Source of the DNA: Limisphaerales bacterium
Lineage (GTDB): Bacteria; Verrucomicrobiota; Verrucomicrobiia; Limisphaerales; UBA11358
Assembly: GCA_025362675.1 (NCBI GenBank)
Contig: JANYFN010000226.1
Span: 3,835-67,834, forward strand
Direction: 5' to 3'
DNA: 64,000 nt
This document shows positions 56,164 to 64,000 of this stretch, in pieces; the stretch's first letter is position 1, and the number at the start of each line of letters is the position of its first letter. Below the pieces are notes generated by a model. That model had not been told where the DNA came from and did not search any database. It saw only the letters and a list, made by a program, of their open reading frames with translations. Both the position numbers and the translations under genes were made by a program.

Positions 56164-56718
56164 ATGAAAAAAAACACCGCTCCAAAAACTGCAACCACGC
56201 AGCACTATCCAACGCATCAGTCTGGTCGGACGACAGCGCCGGATCACGCTGTCAGCCACCAGCTCAACAACCGTTCGCGCTCCGCCAAGCGGATTTTGTT
56301 GGTGGATGACGACCCGACCGTGCGTGACTCTTTGAAAGAGGTGCTGATTGGCGAAGGATATGCCGTCATTCCGGCCGCGAACGGCGAGGAGGCTTTGCAT
56401 CTCGCCGCCCGGCTGCCGATTGATCTGGCGTTGCTCGACTTGAACATGCCGGTCATGAATGGCTGGGAAACGTTTCAACAACTTACCTTCGAACATCCGC
56501 TCATCCCCGTCGTCATCGTCACGGCGAAACCAAACCAGCTTTTCACTGCGGTTGGAGCGGGTGCGGGTGCGTTGCTGGAGAAACCAATGGAAATTCCGAC
56601 GCTCTTGCAAACTATCAAAAAACTGCTGAACGAACCCGCCCGCAACCGGCTGGCACGCCTGACGGGACAGGAAACCGATTTTCATTACCAGTGCGCCAGC
56701 CGCGATCCGGCTCACTAA
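56164..56718 (+). CDS. Single-domain response regulator (REC)
   Basis: ATG 56164 (MKKNTAPK...). The REC core is RILLVDDDPTVRDSLKEVL...LALLDLNMPVMNGW...VVIVTAKPNQ. It is a paralogue of the second REC domain of the upstream gene. Confidence 0.8.
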   Translation: MKKNTAPKTATTQHYPTHQSGRTTAPDHAVSHQLNNRSRSAKRILLVDDDPTVRDSLKEVLIGEGYAVIPAANGEEALHLAARLPIDLALLDLNMPVMNGWETFQQLTFEHPLIPVVIVTAKPNQLFTAVGAGAGALLEKPMEIPTLLQTIKKLLNEPARNRLARLTGQETDFHYQCASRDPAH

Positions 56719-56723
56719 CACCC

Positions 56724-57110
56724 ATGGATTCCGAACCACTTGATCCATCAAACTTGCCACCGGCGTGTTCGCCGCTGCCAACCCAGATTGCCGGGCGGGC
56801 GGTGTTAATTTTCGTCCGCAGCAGCACGGTGATTTTTTTGATGGCGGTTTTTTGGTTTTACGAAGCCGCAACCTTGCAAAGGATTTTATCAAAATTGCTG
56901 TGCGCTATCCCAAAGTTGTTCCGCATCTTTTTTCGGCGCGCTAAGCCGACGCCTAATCGTGCTGCCATCCCACCTGAGAATTTTCAACCAGACACCGCTC
57001 CGCTCGATAAATGCCAGAACAATTTTCATGACGCTTGGACGCCGCCCGCGCCCCGGGCTTGCTTCGAGCGCCACCGGCTCATGCGGATTCATACCCGGGA
57101 TAACTTTTAG
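56724..57110 (+). CDS. Hypothetical small membrane protein
   Basis: A 128-aa frame starting 5 nt after the REC gene stop, with one clear hydrophobic helix (AVLIFVRSSTVIFLMAVFWFY). No recognisable family. It could be a spurious ORF. Confidence 0.3.
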   Translation: MDSEPLDPSNLPPACSPLPTQIAGRAVLIFVRSSTVIFLMAVFWFYEAATLQRILSKLLCAIPKLFRIFFRRAKPTPNRAAIPPENFQPDTAPLDKCQNNFHDAWTPPAPRACFERHRLMRIHTRDNF

Positions 57111-57146
57111 TTCGAGACTCGCGGTGGTGAGCTGCGCGAAATGGTT

Positions 57147-60100
57147 TCAGTGGATTTGCTGGCGCGGCGCGGAGACAGTTGCCGCATTCGTTTTCCGCTC
57201 CACCAGCAAGTAAATTGTCGGCAGCAAGACCAGCGTCAGCAGCGTGGCCGAGACCAGTCCACCGATGATGACGACGGCAAGGGGGCGTTGTGTTTCCGAG
57301 CCGATGCCGTGCGATAGCGCCATCGGCAACAGTCCGAGAATCGCCAATAACGCGGTCATCATGACGGTGCGCAAGCGGTCCCCCGCGCCTTTCAAAACGG
57401 CGTCATAAGTCGTCAAGCCCTCGTCTTGCAGCTGGTTGAAACAACTAACCATCACCACCCCGTTGAGCACGGCCTGGCCGAACAGCGCAATGAAACCGAT
57501 GGAGCCGGAGACACTCAAGGGAATTCCCGTGAGCAGCAACGCGACAATTCCGCCGATGAGTCCCAAGGGCACGTTGACCAGAATCAACAGCGCACTTTTC
57601 ACGGACTTGAACGCGTTGAAGAGCAAAATGAAAATCATGAAAATGCTGATGGGCACGATGATTGACAGTCGTTTCATGGCGCGCTGCTGGTTTTCAAATT
57701 CGCCACTCCACGTCACGAACCAGCCGTGCGGCAGGGGAAATTTTGCGAGCCGCGCCTGCATATCCGCCACCACGCTGCCCATGTCGCGGCCTTGGATGAA
57801 GACGCTGATGGCGGAGAGACGCGTGCTGTCTTCACGGCTGATGTTCATGCTGCCGCTCGTCTCCTTGAACGTGGCAACTTGTTCGAGCGGGATGTGCAAT
57901 CCGTCCGGCGTATCCACGAGAATTTTTTTCAGATTGGCGAGGCTGCGTTGGGCTTCCGGCAGGCGAACGATGACACTGAAATGCTGTTCGCCCTCCCAGA
58001 ATTCCGTGGCGGCCTTGCCCGCAAGTCCAGTTTCAATCACGTCCTCGATATCGCCGATGTTCAGTCCGTAGCGCGCCGCCGCCTTGCGATCAATCTCGAT
58101 GTTCGCCTGCGGCACTTCACCCGCGCGGTCCACGGCGGCGGCGCTGACTCCCCGCACGCTGGCGATGACTTTGCACATTTCTGCGGCCTTTTGGCGCAAG
58201 GCCGTCGAGTCATCACCAAAAACTTTGATGACCACCTGGCCGTCAATCTGCGAAATACTTTCGAGCACGTTGTCCATGATCGGCTGGTCGAAACTGAAAT
58301 CGAGGCCGGGCAACGTGTTGAGATTCCGGTTCATTTCAGCAATCAGTTTTTCCTTCGTCATGCCGAGTCGCCATTCGCTGGGCGGTTTCAAGTCCACAAA
58401 CGTTTCCGACATGTTGATCGGCTTCGGGTCCGTGCCGTCTTCGGGCCGACCGGATTTGGAAATGACCGTGCGCACCTCCGGCGTTTTGTGCAGCCGCTCG
58501 CGCATCGTGCGACAGTAGCTGCGCGCCTGCTCGACGGAAACGCTCGCGGGGAAATTGACGTTCACCCAGATGGTGCCTTCATTCAATTCCGGCAAAAATT
58601 CCGAGCCAAGCCGACCGGCCAGCAGCAGGCTGACGGCGAGGCAAATCAAGGCCGAGGTGATGATCCATTTTGGACGCGCCAGTGCCCAGCGCAACGTGGC
58701 GAGGTAAGGTTTTTTGACGAAGCGCACGACGGCATTGTCCTCGTGCGGAACTTTTTTTCGCAACAGAAAAAAGCACAGCAGCGGCACGAGCGTCAGCGAA
58801 AAAATCAGTGAGCCAACCAGCGCGCTCGTCACCGTCCACGCCATCGGCGCGAAGATGCGGCCTTCGTGACGTTGCAGCGTGAAGATGGGAATGTGCGCGG
58901 CGATGATGATGAGCATCGAGAAAAAAGTCGGCCGGCCGACTTCCACGGTCGCGTGTTCGATGGTGGTGCGGAATGTTTTGCGGTCGCTGCCGGGCTTCAA
59001 TTCGCCGAGCCGCCGGAAAACATTTTCCACCACGATCACCGCGCCGTCCACGATGATGCCAAAGTCCATCGCGCCCAATGAAAGCAAGTTCGCGGGAATG
59101 CCGCGCCACGTCAGCCCAACGAACGTCGCGAGCAGCGACAGCGGAATCATGAACGCAACAATCATCGCCGCCCGGACATTGCCGAGAAACAGCAGCAGCA
59201 CGAGCGTCACCAGAATTGCGCCCGTGGCGAGGTTTTCAAATACCGTGTGGAGCGTCGTGCCGATCAGCCAGGTGCGGTCGTAGTAAGGAACAATTTTTAC
59301 ACCCTTCGGCAATATAGAAGTGTTGAGCGTTTCAATCTTGGCCTTGAGCGCCTTCAAGACTTCGGAGGGATTGTCGCCCTTGTGCATATCCACGACGCCG
59401 AAAACAATGTCGTCGTCTTTGTCTTGGCCGGCGATGCCCTCGACCGGCAAATTGCCGAGCGTGACTTCCGCAATATCTTTCACCAACACCGGCGTGCCTT
59501 TGTGCGCGGTGATAACGATGTCTTTTATTTCATCGGCGGACTTCAGCATCCCGACGCCGCGAATCAAATACTGCTGCGCGCCTTGCGTGACTTTGCTGCC
59601 GCCAACATTGGCGTTGCCGCGACCGAGCGCGGTGTAAAGTTGCGACAAGGCAATGCCGTAATAACGCATCTTCGCGAGGTCAGGATTCACCTCGTAACTT
59701 TTGACCAAGCCACCGAAAGTGACGACGTCCGCCACACCCGGCACGGCACGCAGGTTGCGTTCGACGACCCAATCTTCGAGCGAACGCAGATCGCGCGTCG
59801 AATAGCCATCGCCCTGCAAACGGTAGCGGAAAATTTCGCCGATGGGCGTCGAGAGCGGCTGAAGTTGCGGCTGCACGCCGGGCGGCACGTCAATCGTCGT
59901 GAGACGTTCGAGCGTTTGCTGACGCGCCTGCATATCCGTGGTGTTGTCGTCGAACGTCAGCACGATGTAGGACAACCCGAACTGCGTGTGCGAAAACATG
60001 CGCACCGCGTGTGGCATTCCATTCAGCGCCGACTCGATGGGAATCGTGACCTGTTTCTCGACTTCCTCCGGCGCGCGTCCGGGAAACAGCGAGATGACAT

Positions 60101-60242
60101 TGACCTGAATATCCGAGACATCGGGAAACGCCTCGATGGGCAGATGAATGTAGGCTGCCACGCCACCACCGATAAACAGCACCGCCATCAATACGATGAA
60201 AAATGGCTGGTGCAGCGCAAAACTGACAACGCGTTTAATCAT
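57147..60242 (-). CDS. CusA/CzcA-family heavy-metal efflux RND permease
   Basis: 1031 aa with the 12-TM RND topology. HME-type motifs include AMDFGIIVDGAVIVVEN and GFIALFGQAVLNGVVMV. Confidence 0.9.
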   Translation of the reverse strand: MIKRVVSFALHQPFFIVLMAVLFIGGGVAAYIHLPIEAFPDVSDIQVNVISLFPGRAPEEVEKQVTIPIESALNGMPHAVRMFSHTQFGLSYIVLTFDDNTTDMQARQQTLERLTTIDVPPGVQPQLQPLSTPIGEIFRYRLQGDGYSTRDLRSLEDWVVERNLRAVPGVADVVTFGGLVKSYEVNPDLAKMRYYGIALSQLYTALGRGNANVGGSKVTQGAQQYLIRGVGMLKSADEIKDIVITAHKGTPVLVKDIAEVTLGNLPVEGIAGQDKDDDIVFGVVDMHKGDNPSEVLKALKAKIETLNTSILPKGVKIVPYYDRTWLIGTTLHTVFENLATGAILVTLVLLLFLGNVRAAMIVAFMIPLSLLATFVGLTWRGIPANLLSLGAMDFGIIVDGAVIVVENVFRRLGELKPGSDRKTFRTTIEHATVEVGRPTFFSMLIIIAAHIPIFTLQRHEGRIFAPMAWTVTSALVGSLIFSLTLVPLLCFFLLRKKVPHEDNAVVRFVKKPYLATLRWALARPKWIITSALICLAVSLLLAGRLGSEFLPELNEGTIWVNVNFPASVSVEQARSYCRTMRERLHKTPEVRTVISKSGRPEDGTDPKPINMSETFVDLKPPSEWRLGMTKEKLIAEMNRNLNTLPGLDFSFDQPIMDNVLESISQIDGQVVIKVFGDDSTALRQKAAEMCKVIASVRGVSAAAVDRAGEVPQANIEIDRKAAARYGLNIGDIEDVIETGLAGKAATEFWEGEQHFSVIVRLPEAQRSLANLKKILVDTPDGLHIPLEQVATFKETSGSMNISREDSTRLSAISVFIQGRDMGSVVADMQARLAKFPLPHGWFVTWSGEFENQQRAMKRLSIIVPISIFMIFILLFNAFKSVKSALLILVNVPLGLIGGIVALLLTGIPLSVSGSIGFIALFGQAVLNGVVMVSCFNQLQDEGLTTYDAVLKGAGDRLRTVMMTALLAILGLLPMALSHGIGSETQRPLAVVIIGGLVSATLLTLVLLPTIYLLVERKTNAATVSAPRQQIH

Positions 60243-60463
60243 GAGAAAAATTTATTGAATGGGTGGGCAATTCGCGCTGCGACTCGACACCGACCGCGCA
60301 CGGTCGCTTTGTGGTGCGGCTACTTTTAGGCACACGAATGATTCCGTCACCGGACGCTGCGCTCGGCGACGGGTTTTTCGCAGCGCGAAAAACTCCACCT
60401 TGCCAACAGCGCCAGCGGCAAAAAAAAGCTCAGAAAATTCCATGGAAAAATTTCCGCGCGAAC

Positions 60464-61597
60464 TTATTCCAAGAGTTGTTGCAATAGCACGCAGCCTTCC
60501 GTCACAACTTGCTGACCGGCCCGCAGTCCGTTCAGAACCAGCGCGCGGCCATTCTGCTCCGCACCAAGGGAAACTTCTCGCCGCGTGAATTCCCCCGGCT
60601 TTTCCTGCACGAAAGCGAAATGTTTTTCGCCCTTCAAAAAAACCGCCGTCGCCGGCACGCTGATGCCCGGGGCACCCGCATCCGGCAGATTCACATTCAC
60701 AAACATCTCCGCTTTGAGCAGCCGTTGCGCGTTGTCCACCGCGCCACGCACCTTGATCGTGCGCGTGTTCGGATCGAGAAATTCTGAAACTTTTTCCACG
60801 CGTCCGGTGAAGGTCTGTTCGGGAAAGGCGCGGCTGGTGAACGTGAATTCACTGCCCGGTTGCAAGCGCGGCAAATCAACTTCCGTCGCATCAATCTGAA
60901 TCCACAAATGCGCCGGATCACTCACGACGAACAACGGTGCGGTGACTTCCGGCATATTCGCCAGCATCTGATCGGGACGGATTTCTAGGCCCGGACTAAC
61001 ACTCTTGTCCACGACCGTTCCGGCCAACGGACTGCGCAGCGAAAATATTTCATCCAGCGAATCCGCGTTGGCACCATAAGCCGCGATTTTTGAAACGGCG
61101 CGCGCCCGTTCCGCCTCGGCCTGCGCGTGGGCATCTTCCGCCGCGTCCAAATCTTTTTTCGCCGCCGCGCCGTGAGCGAACAATTCCTGAAGCCGCGTCA
61201 GGTTGCGCTCCGCTAATTTCAAATCACCCTCCGCTTTGCGCGCGTCGGCCTGCGCCTGTCCAAAATCCGGCGATTCCACTTCCGCCAGCGACGCATTTTT
61301 TGCCACCGTCGCGCCGAGGTCCGCCGTGATTTTGCGGACGCGCCCGGCGAACGGTGTGAAGACGCGCACGGTCACATCGTCATTCCAAATCAGCCGGCCT
61401 GAAAGCTGGGTGCTGGCCGACGCGCGCGCTTCAACCGCTGTGACGGCAACCGAGGACAGTTGTGGCGAATCGGGCGGGAAAGAAATTTTTTCGCCGCTCA
61501 CTTTGGGGTCGCCCGCAGCCTCCGGCGGGGTTTCATGTCGGCAACCCGACACCAGCAACGCGAACATGAAGCAGTTTAGAATTCGGATGATTTTCAT
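60464..61597 (-). CDS. Efflux RND periplasmic adaptor (membrane fusion protein) lipoprotein
   Basis: 377 aa with lipobox LLVSGC. Has a biotinyl-lipoyl-like hairpin and a coiled coil (AQADARKAEGDLKLAERNLTRLQELF) typical of CzcB/CusB. Confidence 0.88.
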   Translation of the reverse strand: MKIIRILNCFMFALLVSGCRHETPPEAAGDPKVSGEKISFPPDSPQLSSVAVTAVEARASASTQLSGRLIWNDDVTVRVFTPFAGRVRKITADLGATVAKNASLAEVESPDFGQAQADARKAEGDLKLAERNLTRLQELFAHGAAAKKDLDAAEDAHAQAEAERARAVSKIAAYGANADSLDEIFSLRSPLAGTVVDKSVSPGLEIRPDQMLANMPEVTAPLFVVSDPAHLWIQIDATEVDLPRLQPGSEFTFTSRAFPEQTFTGRVEKVSEFLDPNTRTIKVRGAVDNAQRLLKAEMFVNVNLPDAGAPGISVPATAVFLKGEKHFAFVQEKPGEFTRREVSLGAEQNGRALVLNGLRAGQQVVTEGCVLLQQLLE

Positions 61598-61613
61598 AAG
61601 GACAGGCAGCCAT

Positions 61614-61841
61614 TCATTGCGCCGCGATCGGAGAAGATTTTAAAAATTTCGCCCGACGGTTTTTTGGTTTTTCAATCTGGACCGGAACTTTCGGCGATAG
61701 CGGACTGGCACTCGGCACCGGCGCGGGTTCATTGGCCGCCCACAAGCATGCGGCATCGGCTTTGTGCAATTCCACCGCGCGGATCCAGTCGAGCAACGAT
61801 TGTTTAGGGCGGACAAATGTATTGGGAGATTTCCGGCTCAT
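61614..61841 (-). CDS. Hypothetical 75-aa protein wedged between the outer-membrane factor and adaptor genes
   Basis: The ATG lies 4 nt after the upstream TGA (61846..61848) and the stop lies 16 nt before the adaptor ATG. No family was recognised. The support is positional only. Confidence 0.35.
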   Translation of the reverse strand: MSRKSPNTFVRPKQSLLDWIRAVELHKADAACLWAANEPAPVPSASPLSPKVPVQIEKPKNRRAKFLKSSPIAAQ

Positions 61842-61845
61842 GGGT

Positions 61846-63165
61846 TCAGTTGTTAATGGATGCTTGATCGGTGGCGGCCTTGAAATCAGCAGCCGCGCTG
61901 GCGGCATCGGCCAGTGCCTGCGCGGTGGCGAGCCGGGCGTCATTGTCGGCGCGCTCGGCTTGCAGCAAATCCACCAGCGACGCGCCGCCCTTTTCATAAG
62001 CGAACGCCACCGACTCGCGCACTTGCTGAGACTTCGGCAAAATCTGATTTTGATAGCGCGCCAGCCGTCCGTTGGCTTCGTGAAATTCGGATTGCGCATT
62101 CGCGATGTCCGCCGCCCACTGGGCCCTAACTTTGGCAAGCGCCAGAGAACTTTTTTCCACGGCCGCCCGCGCGGATTTAATCTCGCCGCGATTCCAATTC
62201 CACAGTGGGAGCGGAAAGGAAATGCCCACGCCCACGGTGTCTTCCGGCGGGCCGCCGCCCGGCGGGTTGTGCTCGGCGAGAATAGAAAACGTCGGGTCGG
62301 GAATCCGCATCGCCTGCTGCAATTGCAAATCAGATTTAGACTGTTTCAAATCAGCCTCCGCTGCGAGCACGTCCGCCCGCATGGAATTGGTCTTGGCTTC
62401 GATGATCGGTGGTGCGGAAAAACTCATTTGCGCGAGCGAATCCGTCGGCGTCCAATTTCCCCCGGGCTTTTCCACGCCCAACAAAATTTCGAGCGCGATC
62501 CGCGATTGCGCGGCGATCGCTTCGGCGGACGTCGCCTGCAACTCAAAAACATCCGCGTTGTTTTCAATCTGTTTTTCGTCGGAATCGGAAATGTCTCCGG
62601 CCTGCAAGCGCACCTGCGCGATTTCTCTTTCATGCCGCAGCATCCGGGAAGATTCGTTCAGGATGCGGGCATTTTCCCCGGCAAGCAGGGCCGCGATGTA
62701 AGCCTTCGTCACGCCCTGTTCCAGCAACCGCCGCGCATCAATAAATCTTGCCCGCGCACCCGCCACGCCCGCGTCGGCGGAAAGGTTGCGATCATGCCGC
62801 TTACCGCCGATTTCGATGAGTTGGTTGACGGCAAAAATCGTGTCATAACTGCGACTCCAAAGCCCGTTACCCAAAGCCGTGCCGCTGTCATGCGAACCGA
62901 TTTTGGACGTGGCCAGGGAAAAAGTGGGGTTGGGAAATTCCTTTGCGATGAGGCGTTGCGCCTCGGCGGCGGACACCCCGCTGTTCGCCGCCAGCAAATC
63001 CCAATTGCGCTCAAAAGCTATCCGCTTTACCTCAGCGAGCGAGAGCCCGAACGGCGCAAGATGCAGCGGCGGCGTTGGCTGGGCACTAGTGGGGACAAGG
63101 CCCAATTGCATTATGACCAACGCCGCGCCGCAAATTTTTTTAACCAAAAAAAAGTATCTTTTCAT
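61846..63165 (-). CDS. TolC-family outer-membrane efflux protein (CzcC-like)
   Basis: 439 aa with a signal peptide. Has two OEP repeats with the characteristic long helical segments (LLAANSGVSAAEAQ..., VLAAEADLKQSKSDLQLQ...). Confidence 0.88.
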   Translation of the reverse strand: MKRYFFLVKKICGAALVIMQLGLVPTSAQPTPPLHLAPFGLSLAEVKRIAFERNWDLLAANSGVSAAEAQRLIAKEFPNPTFSLATSKIGSHDSGTALGNGLWSRSYDTIFAVNQLIEIGGKRHDRNLSADAGVAGARARFIDARRLLEQGVTKAYIAALLAGENARILNESSRMLRHEREIAQVRLQAGDISDSDEKQIENNADVFELQATSAEAIAAQSRIALEILLGVEKPGGNWTPTDSLAQMSFSAPPIIEAKTNSMRADVLAAEADLKQSKSDLQLQQAMRIPDPTFSILAEHNPPGGGPPEDTVGVGISFPLPLWNWNRGEIKSARAAVEKSSLALAKVRAQWAADIANAQSEFHEANGRLARYQNQILPKSQQVRESVAFAYEKGGASLVDLLQAERADNDARLATAQALADAASAAADFKAATDQASINN

Positions 63166-63450
63166 GCCTTAACCAACTGCTTCTGACGCCAATGGTTTTG
63201 ACCTGTATTTATTTTCCGAACGAATCGCAGTCGTGGTTCAGGTTATTCACCAGGAATATTTCCAGACTTCAACTTGAGTTTTCGCAATCATTTTCCAAAG
63301 TGCCCGCCGCCGCGCAAACGGGCGCGTTCTGTCCGCCGGGATTAACGCAGCCAGTGAGCAGCTGGGTGGAAAAGCCAGCCACTCGCCTTGCAAAACTTGT
63401 TTTCAAAAAAGTTTTTTTAATCACATTTACCGAGCAGATAAAGCGGTGTT

Positions 63451-63466
63451 AGCTACTCGCGTGCCA
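63451..63466 (-). promoter_or_regulatory. Sigma-54 (-24/-12) promoter candidate for the efflux operon
   Basis: The minus strand reads TGGCACGCGAGTAGCT, against TGGCACG-N4-TTGCW. The -24 element is a perfect match and the -12 GC is at the correct spacing. It lies about 285 nt upstream of ATG 63165. Confidence 0.5.
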
Positions 63467-63621
63467 ATGGATGCATAGGGCAATTCCCCAATGTTTTCAA
63501 AGTGATTTCTATGACAGCAGGTTGCGGGTGGTCAATGAGTTGTCACGTCGCCGATAAATAAGTTTCCCATTCAGTTCCGGGCGGAAGTCTCGAACGCGTT
63601 GCGTTTGCCCAGTCAAACCAA

Positions 63622-64000
63622 TTACTCCCCGCGCGACGCGCGTGCGTGACCGTTCGCGTCTGGCACCACTGATTTACCTGCGAGCTTTGAATTTTGGAAT
63701 TTGGATTTCATCACTCCATTCGCAAACTCCGATTGCAACAATCCATAAATGGCGTGGTCGGCGTAATGATCGTGCAGCCATTCGATGCCGCGAATGATGC
63801 CGTCGAGCTGGAAGCCGAGCCGTTCGGGAATGGCGCGGCTCCGGTAATTTTCCACCGCACACTGAATCGTGATGCGGTTCAGCTTCCAAGTATTGAAACC
63901 ATGAATCAACAGCGCGTGGCAACACGACGTCATGATGCCCTTGCCTTGCTGACCTTCATCGAGCCAGTAACTCAAGGCCGTCCAACGGTTCGGCCAGTCC
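63622..64000 (-). CDS. GNAT-family N-acetyltransferase (RimJ/RimL-like), 5-prime end outside the window
   Basis: The frame stays open to the window edge. The GNAT core is YWLDEGQQGKGIMT...RITIQCAVENYRSRAIPERLGFQLDGIIR. Confidence 0.75.
   Translation of the reverse strand, partial: DWPNRWTALSYWLDEGQQGKGIMTSCCHALLIHGFNTWKLNRITIQCAVENYRSRAIPERLGFQLDGIIRGIEWLHDHYADHAIYGLLQSEFANGVMKSKFQNSKLAGKSVVPDANGHARASRGE

Noticed and set aside
60252-60443. 63-aa ORF in the spacer between the MFP and RND genes.
   Set aside because: Its sequence is Arg/Ala-rich and low-complexity. An equally long ORF exists on the opposite strand. I treated the region as non-coding spacer.
1-64000. Search for CRISPR arrays, rRNA genes, intact IS elements or transposases, and toxin-antitoxin or restriction or other defence modules.
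   Set aside because: I noticed no regularly spaced direct repeats, rRNA signatures, transposase motifs (DDE or HUH) or defence-gene motifs in any frame. The only mobile-element trace is the eroded integrase-like ORF next to tRNA-Pro.

Overview
GC-rich bacterial chromosomal window with about 40 genes and no rRNA or CRISPR. All calls come from reading the ORF translations and DNA by eye; no database search was possible. The protein architectures suggest a Verrucomicrobiota/PVC-type genome (inference): giant LamG and PATR-repeat secreted proteins, NHL propellers, and Shine-Dalgarno-poor AT-rich leaders. Layout: (1) 1-3.3 kb, housekeeping genes (thrH, a Dus-family gene, an SMP-30 lactonase-like gene). 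(2) 3.8-16.6 kb, a tightly coupled three-gene operon of giant secreted proteins of unknown function (2092, 1202 and 962 aa). (3) 17-27.6 kb, a holin-like membrane protein, trmB, nadB, a 1621-aa PL11-lyase/PATR giant, and HupE/UreJ, ankyrin and nucleotidyltransferase genes. (4) 27.8-35.1 kb, an anaerobic-type pyruvate operon (ACS-like/GNAT fusion, PFOR, DHOD-like), followed by hemA. (5) 36.6-48.5 kb, the most interesting region: eight genes comprising four multiheme cytochromes c (36 CXXCH plus 2 variant sites), two NHL beta-propellers, a 673-aa outer-membrane beta-barrel, and a tandem OB-like protein with LPPGHP repeats. I read this as a candidate trans-envelope electron conduit or cytochrome-wire assembly system. 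(6) 48.8-50.7 kb, arsR-arsC-acr3, with an in-frame TGA in acr3. (7) tRNA-Pro(CGG) plus an integrase remnant at 51.2-51.7 kb. (8) 51.9-63.5 kb, a metal-type regulon: histidine kinase, sigma-54 enhancer-binding protein, two receiver proteins and an HME-RND czcCBA-like efflux operon. It carries three sigma-54-type promoter candidates and a shared upstream motif. (9) A partial GNAT gene at the right edge.
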